The position numbers were made by a program, and so were the translations under genes. A model generated the notes under the pieces. The model saw only the letters and a program-made list of their open reading frames with translations. It was not told the origin of the DNA and made no database searches. Below, piece by piece: positions 46,904-55,613 of a stretch of 64,000 nucleotides of DNA. This DNA comes from Verrucomicrobiota bacterium (GTDB taxonomy: Bacteria; Verrucomicrobiota; Verrucomicrobiia; Opitutales; UBA953), in the NCBI GenBank assembly GCA_016871725.1, contig VHCL01000005.1, positions 20,761 to 84,760 on the forward strand. The letters run 5' to 3'. Position 1 is the stretch's first letter. Every line of letters begins with the position of its first letter.

Positions 46904-48073
46904 TCAGCCGGGACGCTTCACGGCAAGCGCTCGCAGGAACATGGCGCGGACGGAGGACTCGTCCTCGCCCCGGTTGGAGGCGTCGAAGCAGTCGGCGCAC
47001 GCGAGCTGGAGGTCGACCAGCTCGGCCAGGGTGTAGCGGGCGGCCGCCGGGGCGACCTTGTTGCTGACGTACCAGGCGTTCTGGGAGAAGAGGTTGGCGG
47101 AGGACTTGGCGGCGGAGCCGAAGGTCGGGCCGTGGCGCCCGCTGGCGGCCTCGAACTGGCCCTTGGGCAGGCCGGCCTCGCTCACGCGGAAGTCGCCGGA
47201 GTCGACGAGGCAGCGGATCTGGATGAGCAGGCGCAGGCGGTTCTGGAGGGCGCTGAGGAGCGGGCGGCTCGAGGACTCGTTGAAGAAATAGCGGTCGAGC
47301 GAGGCGAGGCCCCACGCCAGGTCGCGGGCGGCGAGCGCCTCGATGGGCTCGAAGAAGTCGCCCTCGCCGAAGGTCGGGACGAGCAGATGCACGTCGGACT
47401 CCTTGATGGTGCCGCCCGGGCCGACGTACGTGGCGAGCTTCTCGCATTCGCCGAGGACGAGGCGCGTGGACTGGCCGACGCGACCGACGATCACTTCCGG
47501 CACGCCGCGGTCATGCTTCACGCCGAGCGCCTTCAGTCGCTCGACCGCGAGGGCGACCTGGTTGTCGGCCTGGGCGTCGCCCTTGTCGAAGGGGCTCTTG
47601 GACGCCGCGGCGTGCACGATGAAGTCGTGCGCGGCGGACTTGAGCGCGCTGAGGTCCTTGCGCCGGCCGTCGTAGGGCGTGGCGGAGATGACGATCGAGA
47701 CGGAGGGATCCGCCGCGGTCGCGACCGCGAGGATGTTGGCGAGGTTCTTCTTCACCTCCTCGGACTTGGCCTGGACGGTGTCGGCGACGAGGTTGAGGTT
47801 GCGCAGCCAGATGACGCGCTTGCCGCCGAACATGGACAGGGTCTTGACCGATTCCGCGAACTGGAGCTCGAGCACGCGCGCGTCGTCGACCCGCAGGATC
47901 TGCGCGGAGATGATCTCGGCTTCGGCGTCGGAGCCCGCCGCCTTCCGGGCCTTGTCGTAACAGGCACGGCCGTCCTGATCGACGAGGTATTCGTCCTTAC
48001 CAGCGATGATGGCGAGATAGCCGGGCACGCGCCTAATCTCCCGCCCTCCCCCTGCGTGGCAATCCTTTGTCAT
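46904..48073 (-). CDS. holA: DNA polymerase III subunit delta
   Basis: 389 aa with a delta-like N-terminus (YLAIIAGKDEYLV, LSMFGGKRVIWL). Assignment by pattern only. Confidence 0.65.
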   Translation of the reverse strand: MTKDCHAGGGREIRRVPGYLAIIAGKDEYLVDQDGRACYDKARKAAGSDAEAEIISAQILRVDDARVLELQFAESVKTLSMFGGKRVIWLRNLNLVADTVQAKSEEVKKNLANILAVATAADPSVSIVISATPYDGRRKDLSALKSAAHDFIVHAAASKSPFDKGDAQADNQVALAVERLKALGVKHDRGVPEVIVGRVGQSTRLVLGECEKLATYVGPGGTIKESDVHLLVPTFGEGDFFEPIEALAARDLAWGLASLDRYFFNESSSRPLLSALQNRLRLLIQIRCLVDSGDFRVSEAGLPKGQFEAASGRHGPTFGSAAKSSANLFSQNAWYVSNKVAPAAARYTLAELVDLQLACADCFDASNRGEDESSVRAMFLRALAVKRPG

Positions 48074-48106
48074 TCGCAGGCCCTAAGACAGGCCTGCGAG
48101 GTATCA

Positions 48107-48356
48107 GCGGTTAGCGGTTAGCGGTTGGCGGTTAGGCAGAATGCATAGGGACTCAGGTCTCGGCCCTCAGGCATCGGATACGGGCTATCGGGTGCGGGTA
48201 CGGACCCAGGTTAGGGAATCAAACCGCCATCTGTCATTGATTCAGCCATCTACCCCAGCCCTAACCCCTATTTTCAATTCAGTCCTCCATTCAGACCTCA
48301 ACGCAGGCCTCAACTCAGTCCTCCAAATCCAACCCAACCGCCTACCGCTAACCGCC
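48107..48356. repeat. MITE-like mosaic element with heptamer-array inverted termini and an internal 12-nt array
   Basis: GCGGTTA GCGGTTA GCGGTTG GCGGTTA at 48107-48134. The inverted AACCGCC TACCGCT AACCGCC at 48336-48356. The 12-nt array TTCAGTCCTCCA TTCAGACCTCAA CGCAGGCCTCAA CTCAGTCCTCCA at 48278-48325. Confidence 0.7.
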
Positions 48357-48376
48357 GACACCTACCACGCCTGCCG

Positions 48377-49657
48377 TCAGGCCCCGTGGATCAGGTCCTC
48401 GACGCGGTACTTGTTCAGCTTCCGACGCATGAAATCGAGGGCGGTGTTGACGGCGCGCTGCTTGATCTGGCGACGGTCGCCGGGGAGGGCGACGCGCTGG
48501 GACCAGACGCCCGTCGGGGAGGCGTACCCGAAATAGACCGTGCCGACGGGGTCGGCCTCGGTGCCGCCGCCCGGACCGGCGTAGCCGGTGACCGCGATGG
48601 CGTAGTCGGAACCGAACTTCTCGATGGCGCCCGTCGCCATGGCGGCGGCGCATTCGGCGGAGACGGCCCCGTGCTGGGCGATGAGGCAGTCCGGGACGCC
48701 GAGGAGGTTCACCTTGGCGTCGTTGGCGTAGCAGACGGCCGAACCGGCGAAGACCTTGGAGGCTCCGGGGATGTCGGTGAAGGCGTTGGCGAGCAGGCCG
48801 CCGGTGCAGGACTCGGCCAAGGCGACGGTCTTCTCGAGGCTGCGGAGCTGCTCGACGACGAGCGTGGCCAGGCAGGCGTGGCCGGTGGCGACGAAATCCT
48901 CGCCGACCGCGTCGCGGACCTTGCGCGCGACCTCGCACAGCTGTTCGGCGGTCGCGCCGCTGCCGCCCGAGGAGATGCGCGCGTCGACGACGCCGGTGTG
49001 CGTGCCGAACGTGAGGACCATGCCCGGCGCGAGGAGCGGCCGGACGACCGCCTCGAGGGGCACGGCGCCGATGCCGAAGGTGCGGACCTGCACGTAGGCT
49101 TCGCCCTGGCACGCGCAGCCCACCTGACGGAGGCGAGGCACGACTTCGTCCTCGAACATCGGCCGCAGCTCGAGCGAAGGACCGGGCAGCATCACGAGGG
49201 CGCGGCCCTCGCGATGCAGGAAGACGCCGGGCGCGGTGCCGCGCGGATTGGGCAGCGATTCGGCGCCGGCCGGGACGTAGCACTGGCTCAGGTCCGCGGC
49301 GGCGACCTTGCGGCCGATCAGCTTGAAGCGCTCGCGCAGGGCCTGCTCGGCGGCGGGCACGTGCTCGAGCTTCAGGCCGAGAGCGCCGGCGACGGCGCCG
49401 CGCGTATGGTCGTCGGAGGTCGGGCCGATGCCGCCGGTGGTGACGATCAGGTCGTAGGCGCCCCAGGCTTCGCCGACGGCGCGGGCGATCTCGGCGGCGT
49501 CGTCGCGGACGACCAGGGAACGGGTGATGGGCAGGCCGCGGCGGGCGAGGTGCTCGCCCAACCAGAGGAGGTGGCCGTTCTCACGGAGGCCGTCGAGGAG
49601 CTCGTCGCCCACGTTGATGACGAGGACCTGTCTGGGTCGGCTGTTACAGGAAAGCAT
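48377..49657 (-). CDS. cinA: CinA family protein (MoCF-binding domain + nicotinamide-nucleotide amidohydrolase PncC)
   Basis: 426 aa with N-terminal VINVGDELL..G and TTGGIGPTSDD motifs. C-terminal CinA domain (AESCTGGLL). Confidence 0.85.
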   Translation of the reverse strand: MLSCNSRPRQVLVINVGDELLDGLRENGHLLWLGEHLARRGLPITRSLVVRDDAAEIARAVGEAWGAYDLIVTTGGIGPTSDDHTRGAVAGALGLKLEHVPAAEQALRERFKLIGRKVAAADLSQCYVPAGAESLPNPRGTAPGVFLHREGRALVMLPGPSLELRPMFEDEVVPRLRQVGCACQGEAYVQVRTFGIGAVPLEAVVRPLLAPGMVLTFGTHTGVVDARISSGGSGATAEQLCEVARKVRDAVGEDFVATGHACLATLVVEQLRSLEKTVALAESCTGGLLANAFTDIPGASKVFAGSAVCYANDAKVNLLGVPDCLIAQHGAVSAECAAAMATGAIEKFGSDYAIAVTGYAGPGGGTEADPVGTVYFGYASPTGVWSQRVALPGDRRQIKQRAVNTALDFMRRKLNKYRVEDLIHGA

Positions 49658-49703
49658 TTGCGGAAACGGGGCGTGCCGGCAGGGTTAAGGGCTCAGGCCC
49701 AAA

Positions 49704-51173
49704 ATGCAAACCGACCGGGAAGAACTTTCGCCCAAGGCCAAGGCCCGCCGCGCCCCCCACACCCCCGGCGTGTACCTGATGAAGGACGCCGCCGGGCTGG
49801 TCGTCTACGTGGGCAAGGCCAAGGACCTCAAGAAGCGCCTGGCCTCCTATTTCGTGCCCCGTCAGCGGATGACCCCCAAGGTGGCCGCGATGATGGACAC
49901 GGTGGCGGACATGGAGTGGCACGAGGTCCGGTCCGAGACCGAGGCCCTGCTGCTGGAGGGCAAGCTCATCAAACGCTGGCGCCCCCGCTGGAACATCCTC
50001 TTCCGGGACGACAAGCAGTTCCCCCAGGTCCGGGTCGACCTCGCCGACCCCCTCCCCCGCTTCCGGATCGTCCGGGCCCGCACGACCGACGCCTGCCGCT
50101 ATTTCGGCCCGTTCCCCCACCAGCAGGCCGTCCGGCGCACGCTCAACGAGATGCGCAAGAAGTTCGGCATCCTGCTGGCCGACAGCAACCCGGTCGCCCA
50201 GCCGGACGGGACGTGGAAGCTCTACGACGACGCCCGCGCCGAGATCCAGAAGCACGCCAACGTGGTCACGACGGAGGAGTACGCGGCGCGCGTGACCGAG
50301 GCGTGCGCGTTCCTCGAAGGCAAGGTCGAGAGCTGGGCCGAACAGGTCGAGGCCGACATGCGCCAGGCCGCCGCGGAACGCGACTACGAGAAGGCGGCCA
50401 GCCTGCGCGACCTCCTCGACGCGCTGAAGCGCACGACGGAGAAATCCCGCCGGTTCCTCCGCGAGAACCCCCTGCCCCGCCGTGACGAGGCCGGCGCCCT
50501 CGCCGCGCTCGCCGCCGCGCTCGGGCTCGAGCGGCCGCCGGCGACGGCGGAGTGCTTCGACATCTCGCACATCTCCGGCACGCTCGCCGTCGCGTCGATG
50601 GTCCGCTTCGTCGACGGCCAGGCCGACAAGTCCGGCTACCGCCGCTTCAAGATCAAGTCCTTCGAGGGCAACGACGACTTCCGCTCGATGCAGGAGGTGG
50701 TCGGCCGCCGCTACACGCGGCTCCACGAGGAGCACCGCGCCTTCCCCGAGCTCGTCATCATCGACGGCGGCCTCGGCCAGGTCCACGCCGCGCTCGCGGC
50801 TTTCAAGGAGCACGACCTCGCCCCGCCCCCGCTCATCGGCCTCGCCAAGCGCGAGGAGACGATCGTCTTCCCCGACGGCCGCGAACTCAAGCTGCCGCGG
50901 CACGACGTCGGCCTCGCCCTGCTCATGCGCATCCGCGACGAGGCCCACCGCTTCGCCAACGACTTCAACGCCGAGCTCCGCAGCCGTAAGCTACGTGAAT
51001 CCCTGCTCGACGAGATGCCCGGCCTCGGGCCCAAGCGGAAGGACGCCCTCCTCGCGCACTTCGGCAGCATCCAGAAGCTGCGCAAGGCCACCGTCGCGGA
51101 GATCGCCGAAGTCGAAGGCCTCAGCGACAAGCTCGCCGCCGAGGTGAAGGCGTATCTGGAAGCAAGAGGGTGA
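49704..51173 (+). CDS. uvrC: excinuclease ABC subunit C (short form)
   Basis: 489 aa with GIY-YIG (PGVYLMKDAAGLVVYVGKAKDLKKR), a UVR-like segment (YEKAASLRD), an endonuclease region and a C-terminal (HhH)2. Confidence 0.85.
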   Translation: MQTDREELSPKAKARRAPHTPGVYLMKDAAGLVVYVGKAKDLKKRLASYFVPRQRMTPKVAAMMDTVADMEWHEVRSETEALLLEGKLIKRWRPRWNILFRDDKQFPQVRVDLADPLPRFRIVRARTTDACRYFGPFPHQQAVRRTLNEMRKKFGILLADSNPVAQPDGTWKLYDDARAEIQKHANVVTTEEYAARVTEACAFLEGKVESWAEQVEADMRQAAAERDYEKAASLRDLLDALKRTTEKSRRFLRENPLPRRDEAGALAALAAALGLERPPATAECFDISHISGTLAVASMVRFVDGQADKSGYRRFKIKSFEGNDDFRSMQEVVGRRYTRLHEEHRAFPELVIIDGGLGQVHAALAAFKEHDLAPPPLIGLAKREETIVFPDGRELKLPRHDVGLALLMRIRDEAHRFANDFNAELRSRKLRESLLDEMPGLGPKRKDALLAHFGSIQKLRKATVAEIAEVEGLSDKLAAEVKAYLEARG

Positions 51174-51179
51174 GTATCT

Positions 51180-51430
51180 GCGGTTAGGGGTTGGCGGTTA
51201 GCGGTTAGAAAAACAAATGGCGGCAGCTTAAACGTCCCCAGCCAATCATTCGGTTCGCCTTTGAGTAGTCCTTCTTGTCTTCCCACCACCTGCCCCCGTG
51301 GCCGCCACCCGACACCTGTCTTCAAGCTTTCTGTCATCTGTCATCGATGCGGTCATCGAGTCAGCCCTCTGCCTCTCGTCCATTCAGTCCTCAACGCAGC
51401 CCTCCACGCAGTCCTCCATTCAGCCCTCCC
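51180..51430. repeat. mosaic intergenic element (heptamer array + CCCCAGCCAATCAT box + 12-nt array)
   Basis: GCGGTTA GGGGTTG GCGGTTA GCGGTTA at 51180-51207. TCCCCAGCCAATCATTCGGT near 51236-51255. CTGTCAT CTGTCAT near 51328. TTCAGTCCTCAA CGCAGCCCTCCA CGCAGTCCTCCA TTCAGCCCTCCC at 51383-51430. Confidence 0.7.
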
Positions 51431-51457
51431 TGACAGATTCCGCCCTCCACTCCGCCT

Positions 51458-52546
51458 CTACTTCGTAACCGCCATCTCCCTCTCGACCAGATCCGCCACG
51501 CGGTCGGCGCCGCCGGCGTCGCCGAGGCCGTCGACGGAGGCTTTCCACTTCTTCCAAAGGGCCCAGTCACCGGTGAAGGCTTCGGCGATGATCGCGCGGG
51601 CCGAGTCAGGCGCGAGCCCATAGGCGCCGGCGTGATGCTCCGCGATGAGGCGGCCGTTCCCGGCTTCCTGGCCGGGGATGACCTGCGTGATGACCATCGG
51701 CACGCCGGCCGCGACGCACTCATGCGTGGTCGCGCCGCCGGCCTTGCTGACGACGAGATGACTCGAAAGCATGAGCGCCGGGATCCGATCCGTCCAGCCG
51801 AGCACTTCGGCGCGGCCTTCGACCGCCCGTTCGACGGCCTCCTTGAAGGACGCATCCTTGCCCACGGTTATCGTGAGTTCGAGGCCGAGCGTCGAAAGGG
51901 CCGTGGCGAGCTCGACGGCGTCGCGCTTGCCGGGATTGAGCATCAGGAGCACGCGCGGACGTTCGCCGACCTTGGCCGACGAACGCGGGGCGAGGCGCGA
52001 CGAGACCGGGAAACCATAAGGCAGGACCTTCGCGGCGGGCACGCCCTGGCGGATCATGACTTCGGCGGTGGCCTGGTTCGGCGTGACGTACCAGTCCGAG
52101 TGCGCGCGATGCCAGGCGCGGTTCACGGAGATGGAATCCGTGACGACGGTGATCAGACGCGGGCGCGCAGGGTCGTCGCGACGCCAGCGACGGGCCATCA
52201 TGTAGTTATAGAGCGGATAGGCCGAGACCACGACCGGCGGCTGAGCCGCGTCGAGCATCGCGTTCAAGGTCCTTTCGACCGGACGCACGAACGGGAGCGA
52301 GGCGCGCACGAGCGGCAGGCGGTCGAGCGCCGCGTAAAGGCAGCCCCAGAGACGCGGATACTTGTTCGCGACGCCGATATAGCTGTCGCGCTGGCTCCTG
52401 GCCTTCTCCGCGCCGTAGGCTTCGAGAAAGAGGTCGTGCAGCTCGCCGGTGAGGCCGGGCTTGCGTCCGAGGGCCTCGATGATGGAACGGGCGGCGGCGT
52501 TGTGGCCTTCGCCGAAACCGGCCGTGAGGACGGGGATGACGCTCAT
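51458..52546 (-). CDS. MGDG-synthase-family glycosyltransferase (diacylglycerol glycosyltransferase-like)
   Basis: The last 362 aa of ORF 51458..52927, with TAGFGEGHNAAARSI N-terminus and a GT-B C-terminal half (SKAGGATTHE). The start overlaps the upstream gene's stop by 1 nt (TGATG). Confidence 0.7.
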   Translation of the reverse strand: MSVIPVLTAGFGEGHNAAARSIIEALGRKPGLTGELHDLFLEAYGAEKARSQRDSYIGVANKYPRLWGCLYAALDRLPLVRASLPFVRPVERTLNAMLDAAQPPVVVSAYPLYNYMMARRWRRDDPARPRLITVVTDSISVNRAWHRAHSDWYVTPNQATAEVMIRQGVPAAKVLPYGFPVSSRLAPRSSAKVGERPRVLLMLNPGKRDAVELATALSTLGLELTITVGKDASFKEAVERAVEGRAEVLGWTDRIPALMLSSHLVVSKAGGATTHECVAAGVPMVITQVIPGQEAGNGRLIAEHHAGAYGLAPDSARAIIAEAFTGDWALWKKWKASVDGLGDAGGADRVADLVEREMAVTK

Positions 52547-53415
52547 CAGGCGACGAACGAAATCGTGGCGCCGGCCGACGCGCCGGGAGCGGGGGCGCCG
52601 TTCTGGGCGGCCTCGCAGGCGGCGCGGCGTTCGGCGATGCGGCGCAGGAGCTCCGGACGTTCGACGACGCGGATGGTGCCGTCGTCCTCCTCCACCACGG
52701 CGGTCAGGGATTCGACCCAGTCGCCGGAGTTGATGTAGCGGACGCTGCCGATCATGCGGTCCTCGGCCTTGTGGATATGGCCGCACATCACGCCTTCGCA
52801 GCCGCGGCGCGCGGCCAGGGTCTGCAGATGCTCCTCGAAGCTCGAGATGAAGCTGACGGCCGACTTGACCTTGGCCTTGATGGCCTGCGAGAGGGAGAAG
52901 TACTCCTTGCCGCGCCAGGCGCGCCACTTGTTGTAGACGCGGTTCAGGTCGAGGAGGATCTGGTAGCTGATGTCGCCGATCACGGCCAGCCAGCGCATCT
53001 TGACGGTGACAGTGTCGAACGCGTCGCCGTGGATGCAGAGATACTTGCGGCCGTCCTGGGCGACGTGGATGTGTTCCTCGGCGAGCTCGATGCGATCGAG
53101 CACGAGCGGGATCAGGCGGCGGATGAAGTCGTCGTGGTTGCCGCGCAGGTAGACGACCTTCGTGCCGTCCTTCTCCGCCATCTTCATGATGCGGCGGACG
53201 ACGGCCGTGTGGGCCGGACTCCAGTGGTTCTTGCGCTGCAGCGACCAGAGGTCGATGATGTCGCCGTTGAGGATGAGCTTGTCGCAGCGGATGCCGCGCA
53301 GCACGTCGAGCAACTCGCGCGCCTGGGCGTCCTTCGTGCCCAGATGGAGATCCGAAAGGACCAGCGTCCGGAAGTGAATCTTGTGCTGCCCAGGGACCTT
53401 GATGGTTTCTTCCAT
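52546..53415 (-). CDS. LpxH-like metallophosphoesterase (UDP-2,3-diacylglucosamine diphosphatase family)
   Basis: 289 aa with LSDLHLG, NGDIIDLW, GNHDD and GHIH metallophosphatase motifs. Confidence 0.65.
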   Translation of the reverse strand: MEETIKVPGQHKIHFRTLVLSDLHLGTKDAQARELLDVLRGIRCDKLILNGDIIDLWSLQRKNHWSPAHTAVVRRIMKMAEKDGTKVVYLRGNHDDFIRRLIPLVLDRIELAEEHIHVAQDGRKYLCIHGDAFDTVTVKMRWLAVIGDISYQILLDLNRVYNKWRAWRGKEYFSLSQAIKAKVKSAVSFISSFEEHLQTLAARRGCEGVMCGHIHKAEDRMIGSVRYINSGDWVESLTAVVEEDDGTIRVVERPELLRRIAERRAACEAAQNGAPAPGASAGATISFVA

Positions 53416-53494
53416 GGGTCCGAAGATTACGTGACGATGGTGTCAGTCCCGCGTCAGGTGAGTCTTAATCGGGAAACAGCGGAAGCGGGTGGTG

Positions 53495-53687
53495 GCGGTC
53501 AGCGGATGGCGGTTGGCGGTTCGGAAGAGATCAAGCGCGCAAGTTTGGGGCTGTGATTCCCCAGCCAATCATCCGGTCTCCGGTTGCCCTTTGGATTTTA
53601 TGATTTCGCTCCGGATGGCAGGTGGCGGGGCTTTTTCAATTCAGTCCTCAACGCAGCCCTCTATTCAGTCCTCCATTCGGCACTCCC
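53495..53687. repeat. mosaic intergenic element, third copy of the heptamer / CCAATCAT / 12-nt architecture
   Basis: GCGGTCA GCGGATG GCGGTTG GCGGTTC at 53495-53522. TCCCCAGCCAATCATCCGGT near 53568-53587. TTCAGTCCTCAA CGCAGCCCTCTA TTCAGTCCTCCA TTCGGCACTCCC at 53640-53687. Confidence 0.65.
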
Positions 53688-53706
53688 CCTCCGCCCCGTC
53701 ACAAAA

Positions 53707-53746
53707 TCGTAACAATCGTAAAGACCTGATGTTACAATTGTTACGA
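53707..53746. promoter_or_regulatory. 10-bp perfect inverted repeat TCGTAACAAT-N20-ATTGTTACGA upstream of the DUF47-Pit operon
   Basis: Arms at 53707-53716 and 53737-53746. AT-rich island 67 bp before the DUF47 ATG, with internal extra CGTAA and GTTACA half-sites. Confidence 0.45.
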
Positions 53747-53812
53747 AGGCGTGTCGAACGGGGCTTGCCCCCTTCCTTGCCCCCACCTTGGAACGACCCC
53801 ACCCAAACACCC

Positions 53813-54454
53813 ATGAAAGACTTCCTCAAGAAGGTCCTCGGTAAGGATGAAAAGTTCTATGAGCTCCTCGAAGCCAGCGCCGACGAGGCCGCGAAGAGCG
53901 CCAAGTCGCTCTCGAAGCTCTACGCCCAGGTGGGCAAGCCGGACTTCGAGCAGTGCTTCACCGAGCTCGTCGTCGCCCGCCGCGTCGACAAGCGCATCGG
54001 CCTTTCGATCACCCAGGAACTCTGCCAGACCTTCGTGACGCCGCTCGAGCGCGAGGACATCGAGGCCCTCGCCAACGCCCTCTATAAGATCCCGAAGACC
54101 TGCGAGAAGATCGGCGAGCGCATCGCCATCTGCCCCTCCCAGTTCTCGACCGACATCGTCGACAAGCAGGTGCGCATGCTCGAGCAGGCCACCGAAGTCA
54201 CCGCCTCCCTCGTCCGCAAGCTGCGCAAGCTCTCGAACGTCGAGGAGATCCAGGACGACTACGAGACCCTGCAGACGATCGAAGGCGACGCCGACCGCCT
54301 GATGGTGGGCCTCCTGCGCGACCTCTACCAGGGCAACGTCGACGCCAAGGAAGTCGTCGTCCTCAAGGACATCTACGAACTCCTCGAACGCGCCATCGAC
54401 CACTGCCGCGACGCCGGCAAGGTGGTCTTCCAGATCGCCCTCAAGTACGCCTAA
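53813..54454 (+). CDS. DUF47 (PhoU-like, TIGR00153) phosphate-transport regulator-like protein
   Basis: 213 aa from MKDFLKKVLGKDEKFYELL, all-helical. Immediately precedes a PiT transporter, as is typical for DUF47. Confidence 0.8.
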   Translation: MKDFLKKVLGKDEKFYELLEASADEAAKSAKSLSKLYAQVGKPDFEQCFTELVVARRVDKRIGLSITQELCQTFVTPLEREDIEALANALYKIPKTCEKIGERIAICPSQFSTDIVDKQVRMLEQATEVTASLVRKLRKLSNVEEIQDDYETLQTIEGDADRLMVGLLRDLYQGNVDAKEVVVLKDIYELLERAIDHCRDAGKVVFQIALKYA

Positions 54455-54475
54455 GCCCGCGCCCCGTCTCCGGCC

Positions 54476-55594
54476 ATGGATCCTTTCCTGCTGATGGTGC
54501 TGGTCATCGTGGTGGCCGTGGTGTTCGAATACATCAACGGCTTCCACGACGCGGCCAACGCCATCGCGACCGTCGTCTCGACGCGCGTCCTGACGCCCCG
54601 CCAGGCGATCATGCTCGCGGCCTTCACCAACCTCGTCGGCGCCTTCTGGGGCACCGCGGTGGCGAAGACGATCTACTCCGGCTACATCGCCGTCTCGGCC
54701 GAGTTCCAGGTGGCCCAGCTGGCCATCGCCTGCGGGCTGATGGGCGGCATCGTCTGGAACCTGCTCACGTGGTGGTTCGGCATCCCGTCGAGCTCCTCCC
54801 ACGCGCTCGTCGGCGGCCTCTGCGGCGGCGTCCTCGGCCAGTCGCACCTCGAATGGGGCCGCCTGATCTGGTCGGGCACCGACGCGGCCGGCAAGACGGT
54901 CGGCCTCTGGCCGAAGCTGATCAAGCCGATGTTCATCTCGCCTTTCATCGGCTTCACCCTGGGCGTCATCTTCATGGCCCTGCTGACGATCGTGATCGTC
55001 CGCTTCGCCCTGCGCCCGAGCAAGGTCCAGAAGGGGTTCGGGAAGCTGCAGCTGGTCTCGGCCGGCATGATGGGCTTCTCCCACGGCTCCAACGACGCGC
55101 AGAAGACCGTCGGCATCATCACCTTCGCCCTCATCGTCGGCGCGACCTCCGGCGCCTTCGACCCGGCCCACGCCCCGTCCTGGGCCCAGGCCATCAAGCC
55201 CGAGCTCAACGCCAAGGGCGTCGTCGACCACGCGCCCTACTGGGTGATCGTGCTGTGCGCCATCACCATGGCCCTGGGCACCGCCGCCGGCGGCTGGAAG
55301 ATCATCCGCACGATGGGCCACAAGATGGTGAAGCTGCAGCCGGTCCACGGCTTCGCCGCCGAGACCGCCGCCGCGATCACGATCCACGGGGCCTCCGAGA
55401 TGGGCATCCCGCTTTCGACCACGCACGTGATCTCCACCTCCATCCTCGGCGTCGGCGCGACCAAGCGCTTCGACGCGGTGAAGTGGGGCCTCGTCGGCCG
55501 CATCGTCTGGGCCTGGGTGCTGACCATCCCGATCACCCTGACCCTCGGCTACCTGTTCTACCGCGCGGTCGTGGCCTTCGGCTGGGCGAAGTAA
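54476..55594 (+). CDS. pitA: inorganic phosphate transporter, PiT family
   Basis: 372 aa polytopic protein with GFHDAANAIAT and GSNDAQKT signature pairs. Confidence 0.9.
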   Translation: MDPFLLMVLVIVVAVVFEYINGFHDAANAIATVVSTRVLTPRQAIMLAAFTNLVGAFWGTAVAKTIYSGYIAVSAEFQVAQLAIACGLMGGIVWNLLTWWFGIPSSSSHALVGGLCGGVLGQSHLEWGRLIWSGTDAAGKTVGLWPKLIKPMFISPFIGFTLGVIFMALLTIVIVRFALRPSKVQKGFGKLQLVSAGMMGFSHGSNDAQKTVGIITFALIVGATSGAFDPAHAPSWAQAIKPELNAKGVVDHAPYWVIVLCAITMALGTAAGGWKIIRTMGHKMVKLQPVHGFAAETAAAITIHGASEMGIPLSTTHVISTSILGVGATKRFDAVKWGLVGRIVWAWVLTIPITLTLGYLFYRAVVAFGWAK

Positions 55595-55613
55595 GGCAGG
55601 GTCAGGCCGGGAC

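Noticed and set aside
44129-48121. 1330-aa plus-strand ORF, the longest in the track
   Set aside because: It is antisense to three well-supported genes (pfk, purB, holA). The product is low-complexity Gly/Ala/Asp/Arg/Val-rich with no motif. This is a typical high-GC shadow ORF.
48107-48134. GCGGTTA repeats as telomere-like (TTAGGG-type) sequence
   Set aside because: The unit is a heptamer with a different register (GGTTAGC). The arrays are internal, short (3-4 units), and present in both orientations.
48107-48356. Heptamer and 12-nt arrays as a CRISPR array
   Set aside because: The units are only 7 or 12 nt long and are directly contiguous with no spacers. No cas genes are in the window.
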